Below are positions 8,672 through 18,430 of a stretch of DNA of 34,597 nt, piece by piece. Every line of letters starts with the position of its first letter. The stretch's first letter is position 1. The translations under genes and the position numbers were made by a program. A model generated the notes under the pieces. The model worked only from the letters and a program-made list of their open reading frames with translations. It did no database searches and was not told where the DNA came from. The stretch comes from an uncultured Bacteroidales bacterium (GTDB lineage: Bacteria > Bacteroidota > Bacteroidia > Bacteroidales > CAZZDX01), in NCBI GenBank assembly GCA_964653185.1, contig CAZZDX010000002.1, positions 1-34,597 on the forward strand, read 5' to 3'.

Positions 8672-9829
8672 TTAAAAAGGGTTAACATATATTTTCACAT
8701 CTTGAGCAGTAATATTTTTATCACATAAGATAGCCAATCGTTCAATAACATTTCTTAGTTCGCGTATATTTCCTCTCCATTGTGTTTTTTTTAATTCTTC
8801 TATTGCTTTATCAGTAAAAGTCATCACAGGTTTCCCTTGATTTTCGCATGTTTCAGTAATAAAATATTTTACCAATAAAGGAATATCTTCTATTCGTTGG
8901 TTAAGCGTAGGTACATTTATTAGTATTACGCTAAGGCGATGATAAAGGTCTTCTCTAAAATTATTTTTTTTAATTTCCTGTTCAATATTTTTATTTGTTG
9001 CGGCAATAACTCTAACATCAACAGAAATTTCTTTTTCTCCTCCAACACGCATTATTTTATTTTCCTGTAAAGTTCTTAATACCTTTGCCTGAGCAGATAA
9101 GCTCATATCTCCTATTTCATCAAGGAATAAAGTTCCTCCGTTTGCCTGTTCAAAGTTACCTTTTCTTTGTCTTATAGCTGAAGTGAAAGAACCTTTTTCG
9201 TGTCCAAACAGTTCACTTTCAATAAGTTCTGAAGGTATAGCGGCACAATTTACTTCAACAAAAGGATTTTTGGCTCTTTTACTTTTTTCATGTATCCAGT
9301 GAGCAACAAGTTCTTTACCTGTTCCATTATCACCTGCAATTAATACACGAGCATCAGTAGGAGCAACTCTGTCAATCAGTTTTTTGACGCGTATAATTTC
9401 CGGTGATTCTCCAATCATTTCGTATTTTCTGCTTACCTTTTTCTTTAGAATTTTTGTTTGTGTGATAAGCGATGATTTATCTATTGCATTTCGTATAGTT
9501 ATTAATAAACGGTTTAGGTCTAATGGCTTAGAAATAAAATCATAAGCTCCTTTTTTTATTGATTCAACAGCTGTATCTATTGTCCCGTGTCCTGATATCA
9601 TAACAACGGGCGTATCAGTGATTTTCATTATTTTTTCAAGCACTTCAATACCATCCATTCCTGGCATTTTAATATCACATAATATAATATCGTAATCTTT
9701 GCTATTTACAAGTTTTATTCCTGTTATACCATCGTTGGCTTCATCAACTTCATATTTTTCATATTCTAAAATATCTATAAGTGTGTTACAGATACTTTTA
9801 TCATCATCAATTACTAATATTTTTGCCAT
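8672..9829 (-). CDS. Sigma-54-dependent response regulator (REC + AAA+), no C-terminal HTH domain
   Basis: 385 aa. REC domain (VIDDD...LCDIKMPGMDG), Walker A GDNGTGKE, GAFTGA-loop variant GSFTSA, Walker B LFLDEIGDM, RVIAATN, and WRGNIRELRN. The protein ends about 25 aa after sensor II. Confidence 0.9.
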   Translation of the reverse strand: MAKILVIDDDKSICNTLIDILEYEKYEVDEANDGITGIKLVNSKDYDIILCDIKMPGMDGIEVLEKIMKITDTPVVMISGHGTIDTAVESIKKGAYDFISKPLDLNRLLITIRNAIDKSSLITQTKILKKKVSRKYEMIGESPEIIRVKKLIDRVAPTDARVLIAGDNGTGKELVAHWIHEKSKRAKNPFVEVNCAAIPSELIESELFGHEKGSFTSAIRQRKGNFEQANGGTLFLDEIGDMSLSAQAKVLRTLQENKIMRVGGEKEISVDVRVIAATNKNIEQEIKKNNFREDLYHRLSVILINVPTLNQRIEDIPLLVKYFITETCENQGKPVMTFTDKAIEELKKTQWRGNIRELRNVIERLAILCDKNITAQDVKIYVNPF

Positions 9830-9872
9830 AATAAAAATTGTTAATATTATTTAAAATAGGGTATTGCTAATT

Positions 9873-10020
9873 AAAAATTGAAATAATTGAAATAATTGCA
9901 AAGATTTTTTTAAAAGTCCTTATCCATAATTTTTCCAATTATTTCAATTATTTAATCTTTTCAACAAAGTATTAATATATCAGTTCATCTATTATTCAGA
10001 AATAATTTATCTATACTTAA
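9873..10020. repeat. Composite VNTR element, family X, copy 1
   Basis: Layout is [attgaaata-type 9-mers] - aaagatttttttaaaagtccttatccataat - [ttccaatta/tttcaatta 9-mers] - cttttcaacaaagtattaatatatcagttcatctattattcagaaataatttatctatactta. Its order is colinear with 23946-24103 and partly with 26572-26646. Confidence 0.7.
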
Positions 10021-10039
10021 TTAGTGATAACAAAAATAG

Positions 10040-11356
10040 TTATAATACTTTAATGAGTTTTTCAAGTTCAATTCCTCTTGATGCTTTAATCAATATTGAA
10101 GCAGATGATATAGGATTTTTTTCTAACCATTTAAAAGCAACATCAACATCAGAAAATTTTTTATAATTATTGCTGTCAACAGATGAGAATATTTTGCCAA
10201 TTAGTATGATTTTATTAAATTTTTGTTTTTCTAACAATTTCAAAATTTTTTTATGTTCTTTAATGCTTTGGTTCCCAAGTTCAAGCATATCACCAATTAT
10301 TACAATTTTATTTTCAATTTTTAGCTGTTTAAAATTTTTTATAGCAGCTTTCATACTTGTCGGATTAGCATTATATGCATCTAAAATGATTTTATTTTTT
10401 GCGGTTTCAATAAATTGTGAGCGATTACTTACTGGCTTGTATTTTTCAATAGCATTTTTAATATTTTTGGGTGGGACATCAAAATAACTTCCTATTGCTA
10501 TTGCTGCTATTATATTCTCAAGATTATATTCACCTATAAGTTGTGATTGTATTACAGTATGGCTTTTATTTTTTATTGTATTATTTTTTAAGTTCCATTT
10601 TATTTTTACATAAGGATTATTTTCTAATACTTTCCCATAGCAATATGCATTTGTTTTTGTTCCATAAGTTATTTTTTTTATCTTTTCTGACAATTTTACA
10701 ATTGCCTTACTGTTGATATTAACAAAAGCAATTCCATTATTTTTTTTAATATAATTAAAGAGTTCATTTTTTGCATTTATAATTCCTTTAATATTTTTAA
10801 AACCTTCTAAATGAGCGGTTCCTATATTTGTTATAATACCAAAATCAGGTTGTGATATTTCGCATAGTTTTTTGATTTCTCCTATATGATTGGCTCCCAT
10901 TTCAATGACAGCAATTTCCGTATCCGGAGTTATAGATAGCACTGACAGAGGCACTCCAATATGATTATTAAAATTTTTAAAACTAGCAATAGTTCTATAT
11001 TTTTTACTTAAAATAATATTAATCAGTTCTTTTGTGCTGGTTTTACCATTAGTTCCTGTTATTCCTATTACTTTTGTTTTTAGTTGTTTTCTGTGATGCT
11101 TTGCCAGTTCCTGTAAAGTTTTTATAACATTATCAACTAATATATATTGTTTGTTTTTATAGTATTTTTTTTCATCAATTATTGCAAAAGCAGCTCCTTT
11201 TTTTAATGCAACACTTGCAAATTTATTGCCATTAAAATTTTCTCCTTTAATACTAAAAAATAATGAATTTTTTTGGATTTTACGGGTATCTATACAGATT
11301 GTAGGATATTTTGTATATATATTATATAACAAATTTATATTTGTTTGCATTGTCAT
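10040..11356 (-). CDS. murF: UDP-N-acetylmuramoyl-tripeptide--D-alanyl-D-alanine ligase
   Basis: 438 aa Mur ligase with P-loop GITGTNGKTSTKE and DAYNANP. It is located next to gldJ rather than in the dcw cluster. Confidence 0.9.
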   Translation of the reverse strand: MTMQTNINLLYNIYTKYPTICIDTRKIQKNSLFFSIKGENFNGNKFASVALKKGAAFAIIDEKKYYKNKQYILVDNVIKTLQELAKHHRKQLKTKVIGITGTNGKTSTKELINIILSKKYRTIASFKNFNNHIGVPLSVLSITPDTEIAVIEMGANHIGEIKKLCEISQPDFGIITNIGTAHLEGFKNIKGIINAKNELFNYIKKNNGIAFVNINSKAIVKLSEKIKKITYGTKTNAYCYGKVLENNPYVKIKWNLKNNTIKNKSHTVIQSQLIGEYNLENIIAAIAIGSYFDVPPKNIKNAIEKYKPVSNRSQFIETAKNKIILDAYNANPTSMKAAIKNFKQLKIENKIVIIGDMLELGNQSIKEHKKILKLLEKQKFNKIILIGKIFSSVDSNNYKKFSDVDVAFKWLEKNPISSASILIKASRGIELEKLIKVL

Positions 11357-11500
11357 ACCTTGATTAGTAAGATTTTGAAGTATTTTTTGAATAGTTTTTT
11401 TGGTAAAGATAAATAAAATTAAGATATTACTAAATGATAGTTTTATAATATCAGAATAACTGACCTCTGAGGATTTTAATTTGATACTAATCTTATTAAT

Positions 11501-11526
11501 TTCTATCAGGCAATTGCCTGATGGAA
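11501..11526. repeat. tcaggc/gcctga palindrome (short form)
   Basis: ttctatcaggcaa / ttgcctgatggaa is a 13-bp-arm palindrome with one mismatch. It belongs to the same family as 139-160. Confidence 0.7.
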
Positions 11527-11586
11527 ATTATTTTGGATTTTATTATGGTATTAGATATCATTACTTCTGAATATCTATTATTTAGA

Positions 11587-11623
11587 TAAAAAAAAGCCCC
11601 ATTTTCTATTAAAAAAATGGGGC
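11587..11623 (-). terminator. Rho-independent terminator after gldJ
   Basis: Stem gccccatttt / aaaatggggc (11596-11605 / 11614-11623). On the minus strand it is followed by a T-run (rc of a11587-a11595). It lies about 20 nt after the gldJ stop. Confidence 0.7.
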
Positions 11624-11644
11624 TAAAATTAATTTTAGTTGAAA

Positions 11645-13111
11645 TTAATAAATACTAACAGGGCTTCCTACTCTTGTCATAGCACATCTAAAACCAATAT
11701 CATCAGTTGACTGATTTTCATCAAGGAATCTTTTTGTTCCAGGGGACATCCAATATGCTCTATCTTTCCATGAGCCACCTTTATATATTTTGGTTTTGTC
11801 AGATATCATTGAATTTGTTCCATATTCATACATAAGTTTCTCTGGTTCTTGCTGCTTAGATTCATCATCATAATATATACTTGAAGAATAATCACCATCA
11901 AGAAAATTTATGTTATCAGCTTTTCTGTAATTTCTTCTGTTAATACTTTCTTCAACGGTAACATCTCTCATAATGATTCTTCCTAAACTATCTTTTTCTT
12001 CAATTACTCCTTCGTCGTCTCTAAGCTGTGTTTTATATACATTTCCTCTAAAAGATCTAAAATCAGACATATCTTCAATGGATAAAGGTCTATAAACATC
12101 CATTACCCATTCACTTACATTTCCTGCCATATTATACAATCCATAATCATTAGGCCAGAAGTCAAAGACAGGAGCTGGTATATCAGCGCCATCATTCAAG
12201 TTACCTGAAACGCCCATATTATCTCCGCGACCTCTTTTGAAGTTTGCAACAAAATCGCCAAGATTATTTTTAGCATCAGTTCTTAATATATGTCCATTCC
12301 AAGGATATATTCTTCTTTCTATAACACGTTCATAGAGTGTATTTCCTATTAATCCCAATGCTGCAAATTCCCATTCGGCTTCTGTTGGTAAACGATATTT
12401 TGGTAATAAAATACCATCTTCCATTTTTACTTTACGAGTTCCTGCTCCTTCAGGATTTAAATCAATAAGGTCATTTCTAACCAAACCTTCATATTGTCCT
12501 GACAGATATGTTTGTGTATTAAAATTTTCTTCATTTGCCTGATGAGGGTCTATTTTTAAGATTCCTTCACGAATCAGTATATATTCATTAACTCTATCTG
12601 TTCTCCATGAGCAATAGTCATTTGCCTGTATCCAGCTAACACCTACTACAGGGTAATCACGATAAGCAGGATGACGTAGATAAAGTTCGACCAAAGGTTC
12701 ATTATATGCTAATTTGTTACGCCATACCAGTGTGTCAGGCAAAGCTTTTTTATATACTTCCGGATAATCAACAGCAAAGACCCTTCTTATCCAGTATAGA
12801 TATTCTAAATAGTCCAGATTACGAATTTCTGACTGGTCCATATAAAAAGAAGATACTGTTACTCTATGAGGGATATTATTCCAATCAAACATAACATCCT
12901 GTTCTGTTCTTCCCATGATAAAAGTGCCTCCTTCTACAAAAATAAGTCCAGGTCCTGTTTCTTGTTCTTCATAACCAATAACTTCAAAGCCACCATTTTT
13001 GGGATTATTATATTCCCATCCTGTTGTCATAGATTGCTCTTTTCTACAGGAAGAAATTAATATAGCTACTACTATTAAAGCAAATTTTGAGATAATCTTA
13101 TAATGTTTCAT
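11645..13111 (-). CDS. gldJ: Gliding-motility/T9SS lipoprotein GldJ (SUMF1/FGE-like fold)
   Basis: 488 aa. Lipoprotein signal (ILISSC) and FGE-sulfatase-like segments (FVEGGTFIMG, HRVTVSSFYMDQSEIRN, GVSWIQANDYC, YRLPTEAEWEFAA, GNVSEWV, GGSW, GFRC). Neighbours are a porP/sprF-family gene and murF. Confidence 0.8.
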   Translation of the reverse strand: MKHYKIISKFALIVVAILISSCRKEQSMTTGWEYNNPKNGGFEVIGYEEQETGPGLIFVEGGTFIMGRTEQDVMFDWNNIPHRVTVSSFYMDQSEIRNLDYLEYLYWIRRVFAVDYPEVYKKALPDTLVWRNKLAYNEPLVELYLRHPAYRDYPVVGVSWIQANDYCSWRTDRVNEYILIREGILKIDPHQANEENFNTQTYLSGQYEGLVRNDLIDLNPEGAGTRKVKMEDGILLPKYRLPTEAEWEFAALGLIGNTLYERVIERRIYPWNGHILRTDAKNNLGDFVANFKRGRGDNMGVSGNLNDGADIPAPVFDFWPNDYGLYNMAGNVSEWVMDVYRPLSIEDMSDFRSFRGNVYKTQLRDDEGVIEEKDSLGRIIMRDVTVEESINRRNYRKADNINFLDGDYSSSIYYDDESKQQEPEKLMYEYGTNSMISDKTKIYKGGSWKDRAYWMSPGTKRFLDENQSTDDIGFRCAMTRVGSPVSIY

Positions 13112-13150
13112 AATTATTTATATTTAATTTTATACATCTATTTATATAAA

Positions 13151-14146
13151 CTAAAAAGAAGGACAGTTTATTGCTCTGATTCTTTTTGATTTTGCTTTAC
13201 ATGCAAATTGCAATGCAAGAGATACTTCGTGTGATCCTCCTGATGCATTACTTAATTTTGATACGGTTATATCATAACTATATCCAAACTTGATAACATC
13301 TGTTTGAACGCCAACTAATAATATTAAAGCATCGGCATTTGTATTTATATTTTGTCTAAACCAGATACCCCCTATTATAGGAAATTTATTAAAATATAAT
13401 CCGTAATTAAATTCCTGAAAATCTTGTTGTTGCATAAATAGTATATTAGGAGATATTGTTGGATCTTCAGGGCTTCTTCTTCTTTTTCTTTTGTGTCCAA
13501 CGTCAATTATTCCTCCTGCATGGACAGTAATTTTCATAGGTAATTTACTTGGGGTTACAAATCCTATACGTGGTTCTGTAAGATGGTGTACAGCAAATCC
13601 GCCAAAAAAATTTTCGCTATAAACTAATAAGCCGGATGCGAAATCAGTACTCGTTCTTGTTAAATCGCCTTGGGCTGGTCGTGCTTCATCTGTATTTTTA
13701 ACAAATCCATATTTAGCATCTATCATATCACCGAATGTAAGTTTATCCCAGTCAAGTTTATTCTGAAAATAAGACGCCTGAAATCCTGCTTTAATAGAAA
13801 TATGACGATTTACCTGCAATGTATAAGCATATAAAATGCTTACATTATTAGTTATAATAGTTCCTTCGCCTGCTCTATCAGTAAAAAATGATACTCCTAC
13901 ACCTCCTGATAAGGCATCTACATGTTGGTCATATCCTGCACTATAAGTGCTATATGTTCCTGTAATACTAGGCCATTGACTTCTATAATTCATTATTAAA
14001 CGAGGACATATAGCAGTGCCTGTAAAAGCAGGATTTAGATATAAAGGATTTGCATAGAACTGCGAAAAATGCGGATCCTGTGAGAATAACCCATTATTTA
14101 ATAATAAAATAAAAAATAATATTATTGAAAATCGTCTATAAATCAT
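13151..14146 (-). CDS. Type IX secretion system membrane protein, PorP/SprF family
   Basis: 331 aa with a signal peptide followed by the family signature QDPHFSQFYANPLYLNPAFTG. The remainder has beta-barrel-like alternating sequence. Confidence 0.85.
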   Translation of the reverse strand: MIYRRFSIILFFILLLNNGLFSQDPHFSQFYANPLYLNPAFTGTAICPRLIMNYRSQWPSITGTYSTYSAGYDQHVDALSGGVGVSFFTDRAGEGTIITNNVSILYAYTLQVNRHISIKAGFQASYFQNKLDWDKLTFGDMIDAKYGFVKNTDEARPAQGDLTRTSTDFASGLLVYSENFFGGFAVHHLTEPRIGFVTPSKLPMKITVHAGGIIDVGHKRKRRRSPEDPTISPNILFMQQQDFQEFNYGLYFNKFPIIGGIWFRQNINTNADALILLVGVQTDVIKFGYSYDITVSKLSNASGGSHEVSLALQFACKAKSKRIRAINCPSF

Positions 14147-14506
14147 ATATTTAGTAATAAATAAAAATTATACTTATAAAAATACAATATTACAAATATT
14201 TTTTTTAAAATTTCAACTATTTCTTTGTTATTAATTAAAATATTAATACATTATTTTTTTGTATCAGTTATTTCTTTTATACTTCAAAGCATAAAAGAAT
14301 GTTACAATAAAAGAAATAAAAGAAATAAAAATTAATTTTAAATTAATGATGGCAAATGTAATAATAAATTTTTATTATTACATAATTTAATATAAATATT
14401 ATTTTAAGTGGACTTCTATTAATTATTCTTATATTTTTTTAAATTTATCTTATTTATATAGATAATACAAAAAATGTATGTATGTTTGTTTAAAATTATT
14501 TTGGTT

Positions 14507-14977
14507 ATGAAAAAAATTGCAGTATTTCCAGGATCTTTCGACCCGATAACAAAAGGACATGAGTCAATAATAAAAAGAGGTATTCCTCTTTTTGATAAAA
14601 TAATAATTGCTGTTGGAGAGAATGTAGAGAAAAAATATCTTTTTACATCTGAACAGCGTGTAAAATGGATAAAAGAAGTATTTGCAAATAATCTTTCAGT
14701 AAATGTTAAGAGTTTTAAGGGTTTAACTGTTGATTTCTGTAAAAAAGTTAATGCTAACTATATTTTGAGAGGATTGCGTACATCTGCTGATTTTGAATTT
14801 GAACGAAGTATAGGACAGATTAATAAAAAATTGGCACCGGAAATAGAGACAATATTCCTGCTTACCGATCCGGAATATACATCTTTAAACTCATCAATTG
14901 TTAGAGATATATTTTTAAATGGCGGCAATGTTAAAGAGTTTATACCTGATGGAATAAATTTGAAAATAAAAAAATAA
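14507..14977 (+). CDS. coaD: Phosphopantetheine adenylyltransferase
   Basis: MKKIAVFPGSFDPITKGH (nucleotidyltransferase T/HxGH motif) and RGLR. I prefer the ATG at 14507 over the ORF-track start at 14474. Confidence 0.93.
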   Translation: MKKIAVFPGSFDPITKGHESIIKRGIPLFDKIIIAVGENVEKKYLFTSEQRVKWIKEVFANNLSVNVKSFKGLTVDFCKKVNANYILRGLRTSADFEFERSIGQINKKLAPEIETIFLLTDPEYTSLNSSIVRDIFLNGGNVKEFIPDGINLKIKK

Positions 14978-14995
14978 ATGGTTAAAACATATAGT

Positions 14996-15262
14996 TTTTT
15001 GTAAGCGTTCACAGTTTAGAATTTCATAACTATTAATTGACCTAATTTCTAATTGACCTAATTGTCCTAAAAAATGACCAATACCCAATGCAAAATGGCT
15101 AAAATAATGACCAATGCCCCAATTTAGACATTGGAAATTAGGACTTGTTTAGGACAATTAGGTCAATTAGAAATTTATATTATAGGCAACAATGTTGGTA
15201 AAGTTTTTTTCTTAAGCGCCTAAATCTAATTATAAAAAATAGAGTGTGAACAGTTACAATTT
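14996..15262. mobile_element. MITE-like non-autonomous element (about 265 bp) with terminal and long internal inverted repeats
   Basis: Termini are gtaagcgttcaca (15001-15013) and tgtgaacagttac (15245-15257), 11/13 complementary. A perfect 27-nt internal inverted repeat pairs aatttctaattgacctaattgtcctaa (15044-15070) with 15149-15175. The left 57 nt recur at 34541-34597 with 3 mismatches. No ORF. Confidence 0.65.
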
Positions 15263-15306
15263 TTTTAATCAAGCAATTGTCTGATTAATTATTACCTAAA
15301 ATTAAT

Positions 15307-16743
15307 ATGAACAAATTTTTTTTAATTTTTATTACATTTTTATTATTGAGCATATTTTCTTTTGCACAACACACTACTACTATAAAAGGAATTGCTCATG
15401 GTACAGAAGGAAAAACAATAAGTGTATTATCTTATTCTAATCAAATAACATATTTAGAAAAAGAAATTGCTCGCTCTACAATTGATTCGAATGGAAAATT
15501 CCTGTTAAAAATAAATACTGATGATACAATATTTGTGTATTTAGACATTGATTTCTATAAAGCAGCCCTTTATATTGAGCCAAACAAATTGTATAATATA
15601 GATATAAGAGCTGCTGATTATGATATTATTTATAAAATTAATCCTTTTTTGGCTGATTTAAAACTTGATATAAATATTGTAAAGACCAATGATACAGAAC
15701 TAAATACATTAATATCAGAATTTGATACTTTATATAACGATTTTATCATAAACAATATCAATATTTTACTATATAGAAATCAAAATAATAAGACAAAAAT
15801 TGATTCATTTAATGTTAAAGTTAAAAGCATTTTTAAAGGGATAGAAAATAAATATTTTAATTCTTATGTAAGATATAAAATTGCATCATTAGAGCAAATT
15901 ACTCAAGTTATGGGCAGAGAATCTTTGTTTAAAAAATATTTCTCTAATCAGCCCGTGCTTTATAATAATGTTGAGTATATGAATTTTTTTAATCGATTTT
16001 TTAAAAAATATATTACTGATGTATCAAAATCAATAAACAAAACAGACCTTGATAAAACAATAAATCAGGAAGCTGATTATTTTGCATTATTAGATACTCT
16101 TGGTAAAGATACTTTACTGATAAATGAGGTGATAAGAGAAATGGCAATGTTAAAATGCCTGAATGAGATACTTTATTCACGGAATTTTGATAAAAAAAAT
16201 ATATTAAAAATTTTAAAAGATATTTCTGTTAAAAGTAAATTTAGTCAGCATAAAACTATTGCTAAAGATATAATTACAGATTTTACAAAATTTGCAAGAG
16301 GCACAAAAGCTCCTGACTTTAAACTTATAAATCAAAATAATAAAGAAATATCATTAAGTGATTTTAAAGGAAAATTTGTTTATTTATGCTTTTGGCGAAC
16401 TGGTTGCATCTCTTGTCTTGACGAGATGGAGCTTATTAAAAAATTTAATGAAAAATATGGAGACAAGATTGAATTTATTAGTATATCTGCTGATAAAGAA
16501 TATATGACAATGTATAATTATGTAAAAGATAAAGGATATGACTGGAATATTTTGTATTTTGAAAAAAAATGGGATATGCTCAAAAGTTATGGCGTAAAAG
16601 CATTCCCTTTGTTTGTGTTAATAGATAAAAATGGAGATATTCTTAAATATGCCATTGATAAGCCAAGCCAAAATATTGAAGGTCTTTTTATACAATTGAC
16701 TCAACAACCTATAAAAAAACATCATAAAATAGGAGTTAAATAG
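15307..16743 (+). CDS. Secreted TlpA/ResA-like thiol-disulfide oxidoreductase with a long N-terminal domain of unknown function
   Basis: 478 aa with a signal peptide. The C-terminal thioredoxin fold carries APDFKL...GKFVYLCFWRTGCISC (CxxC)...AFPLFVLIDKNG. Confidence 0.75.
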   Translation: MNKFFLIFITFLLLSIFSFAQHTTTIKGIAHGTEGKTISVLSYSNQITYLEKEIARSTIDSNGKFLLKINTDDTIFVYLDIDFYKAALYIEPNKLYNIDIRAADYDIIYKINPFLADLKLDINIVKTNDTELNTLISEFDTLYNDFIINNINILLYRNQNNKTKIDSFNVKVKSIFKGIENKYFNSYVRYKIASLEQITQVMGRESLFKKYFSNQPVLYNNVEYMNFFNRFFKKYITDVSKSINKTDLDKTINQEADYFALLDTLGKDTLLINEVIREMAMLKCLNEILYSRNFDKKNILKILKDISVKSKFSQHKTIAKDIITDFTKFARGTKAPDFKLINQNNKEISLSDFKGKFVYLCFWRTGCISCLDEMELIKKFNEKYGDKIEFISISADKEYMTMYNYVKDKGYDWNILYFEKKWDMLKSYGVKAFPLFVLIDKNGDILKYAIDKPSQNIEGLFIQLTQQPIKKHHKIGVK

Positions 16744-16790
16744 TCATTAATAGTCATTGATTGCCATTAATTGTCATTAGATAGTCAATA
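16741..16790. repeat. 10-bp tandem repeat (about 5 units) between convergent genes
   Basis: Units are tagtcattaa tagtcattga ttgccattaa ttgtcattag atagtcaata. Two inverted aatgac words follow at 16798-16825. Confidence 0.7.
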
Positions 16791-16827
16791 ATAACTAAAT
16801 GACAGCAAAGCCAAATGACTACAAATA

Positions 16828-17946
16828 TTACGGCTCTACTGAGCTTGCCGAAGTGCAAAATATAACAACGGAAAGTATAACTCCGGGACCTTTATCAGAC
16901 CTGTTTTTTAAGAATGCATCCCATCCCTGAGCTGTTAAATTATGCTGAGAGCCGTCTTTTGCAATTAAATTGTAACCGGAATTTTTATCAATAATATTGC
17001 CAATAACTGATATATCAGCGACGTCTTTAACTTTTTCAAAATCAGATTGAGCAATAGTGAAGAGCAATTCATAATCTTCGCCTCCGCTAAGTGCACATAC
17101 AATCGGGTCAATATTAAAATCCATTGCCACTTTATATGTCATAGCATTGATAGGGATTTTATCTTCATATAAATTACATCCAACATCAGATTGAGTGCAT
17201 ATATGAAGTATTTCAGAAGCCAGTCCGTCTGAAATGTCAATCATAGAATTGGGTTGGACATTTAGATTTTTTAAAATTTTATAAATATCTGTCCTTGGTT
17301 CCGGTTTTAATTGTCTTTGTAAAATATATTTATAATCTTCTAAATCCGGTTGCATATCAGGATTTGCTTTAAATACCTGTTTTTCTCTTCTTAACATCTG
17401 TAAACCCATATAAGCGCCGCCCAAATCGCCTGTAACACAAATCAAATCATGATTTTTGGCTGTATTTCTATATGTTATCTCTTTTTCATTGGCTTCACCA
17501 ATAGCAGTTCCACTTATAAAAAGTCCTGATACACTTGAGCTTGTATCTCCTCCTATTAAATCAACATTATAATTTTTACAGGCAAGTAATATTCCTGAAT
17601 ATATTTCTTCTATATCTTGTAATGAGAACCTGTTTGAGACAGCAATAGCAATGATAATCTGCTTTGGCACAGCATTCATTGCTGCAATATCTGAAAAGTT
17701 TACAACAGCGGCTTTATATCCAAGATGTTTTAAAGGCACATAAGTAAGGTCAAAATGAATTCCTTCAATTAATAAATCAGTTGTAACAATGGTTTTTTTA
17801 TTTTTATAATCAATTACAGCAGCATCATCTCCAACACCTTTGACAGAGCTTTTATTTTTTAATTTTATATTTTTGGTAATATGATTTATTAAGCCAAACT
17901 CTCCTAAAGAACTTATTTCTGTCCGTTTATTTTTTTTTTCAAACAT
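16828..17946 (-). CDS. thiL: Thiamine-monophosphate kinase
   Basis: Contains LGEFGLINHI, VGDDAAVI, LIEGIHFD and DISDGLASE. The probable start is the Met at 17946 (MFEKKNKRTEISSLGEF), whereas the ORF track starts at 17970. An unusual tail of about 25 aa follows GWDAF. Confidence 0.9.
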   Translation of the reverse strand: MFEKKNKRTEISSLGEFGLINHITKNIKLKNKSSVKGVGDDAAVIDYKNKKTIVTTDLLIEGIHFDLTYVPLKHLGYKAAVVNFSDIAAMNAVPKQIIIAIAVSNRFSLQDIEEIYSGILLACKNYNVDLIGGDTSSSVSGLFISGTAIGEANEKEITYRNTAKNHDLICVTGDLGGAYMGLQMLRREKQVFKANPDMQPDLEDYKYILQRQLKPEPRTDIYKILKNLNVQPNSMIDISDGLASEILHICTQSDVGCNLYEDKIPINAMTYKVAMDFNIDPIVCALSGGEDYELLFTIAQSDFEKVKDVADISVIGNIIDKNSGYNLIAKDGSQHNLTAQGWDAFLKNRSDKGPGVILSVVIFCTSASSVEP

Positions 17947-18024
17947 ATTGCAAACATACATAAAAACCATAAATATATTATATCAATGGTTTAAAATTTT
18001 TTGATTGGACACAGACAGTATAAA

Positions 18025-18054
18025 AGTAGCAGTAGCAGTGGCAGTGGCAGTAAT
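18025..18054. repeat. Hexamer tandem repeat
   Basis: Units are agtagc agtagc agtggc agtggc agtaat. It is not inside any ORF of 60 aa or more. Confidence 0.6.
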
Positions 18055-18155
18055 TCTACTTATGCGAACTAAAAATTGGTTGGACTTAACAAATTCTTAT
18101 ACTTTCAATTTCAGGTTTGTGTATTTAATACTAATTTATGTTCAGTATTAATCCG

Positions 18156-18183
18156 CCGCTACCGCACGATTGTATCGTGTGGT
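18156..18183 (+). repeat. REP hairpin (type III), left member of the inverted pair flanking RAYT remnant 2
   Basis: ccgctaccgcacgattgtatcgtgtggt is the exact reverse complement of 18431-18458. Arm accgcacgat pairs with atcgtgtggt with one G:T wobble and loop tgt. Confidence 0.85.
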
Positions 18184-18191
18184 ATTTATTT

Positions 18192-18365
18192 TTATTTAAT
18201 AACAATAACATTATCTAACATTCCTTTTTCTTTTTGGCAATAATGTAAACTATCAATTATTATGTCTTTATATTCGTTTCTTGTAAATACATCTAACCAT
18301 TCAACTACTGCAAAACTAACAAAATAAACTCCTTCTGGATTATGAAATTTGTAATTACTACTCAT
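18192..18365 (-). pseudogene. IS200-like / RAYT tyrosine transposase remnant, N-terminal 57 codons only
   Basis: My own translation (the ORF is below the track cutoff): MSSNYKFHNPEGVYFVSFAVVEWLDVFTRNEYKDIIIDSLHYCQKEKGMLDNVIVIK*. It matches the usual N-terminus of Bacteroidetes Y1 transposases (YF.TF.VV.W.DVFTR..YK.III.SL.YCQ..KG) but stops before the HUH motif. Confidence 0.65.
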
Positions 18366-18430
18366 AAGTCAAATGTAATAAAAGTTATTGTTTTTATTAA
18401 CGAACATTAAATTATTATTTCTGTTTATAA

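Noticed and set aside
14147-14506. Low-complexity AT-rich divergent region with aaagaaataaaagaaataaaa
   Set aside because: It has only two or three imperfect units and no shared words with the arrays. It is ordinary AT-rich promoter DNA as far as I can tell.
16828-16910. About 25-aa C-terminal extension of ThiL (…KNRSDKGPGVILSVVIFCTSASSVEP)
   Set aside because: It could be a genuine tail, or read-through after loss of the original stop. I cannot distinguish these without an alignment, and no repeat family is evident there.
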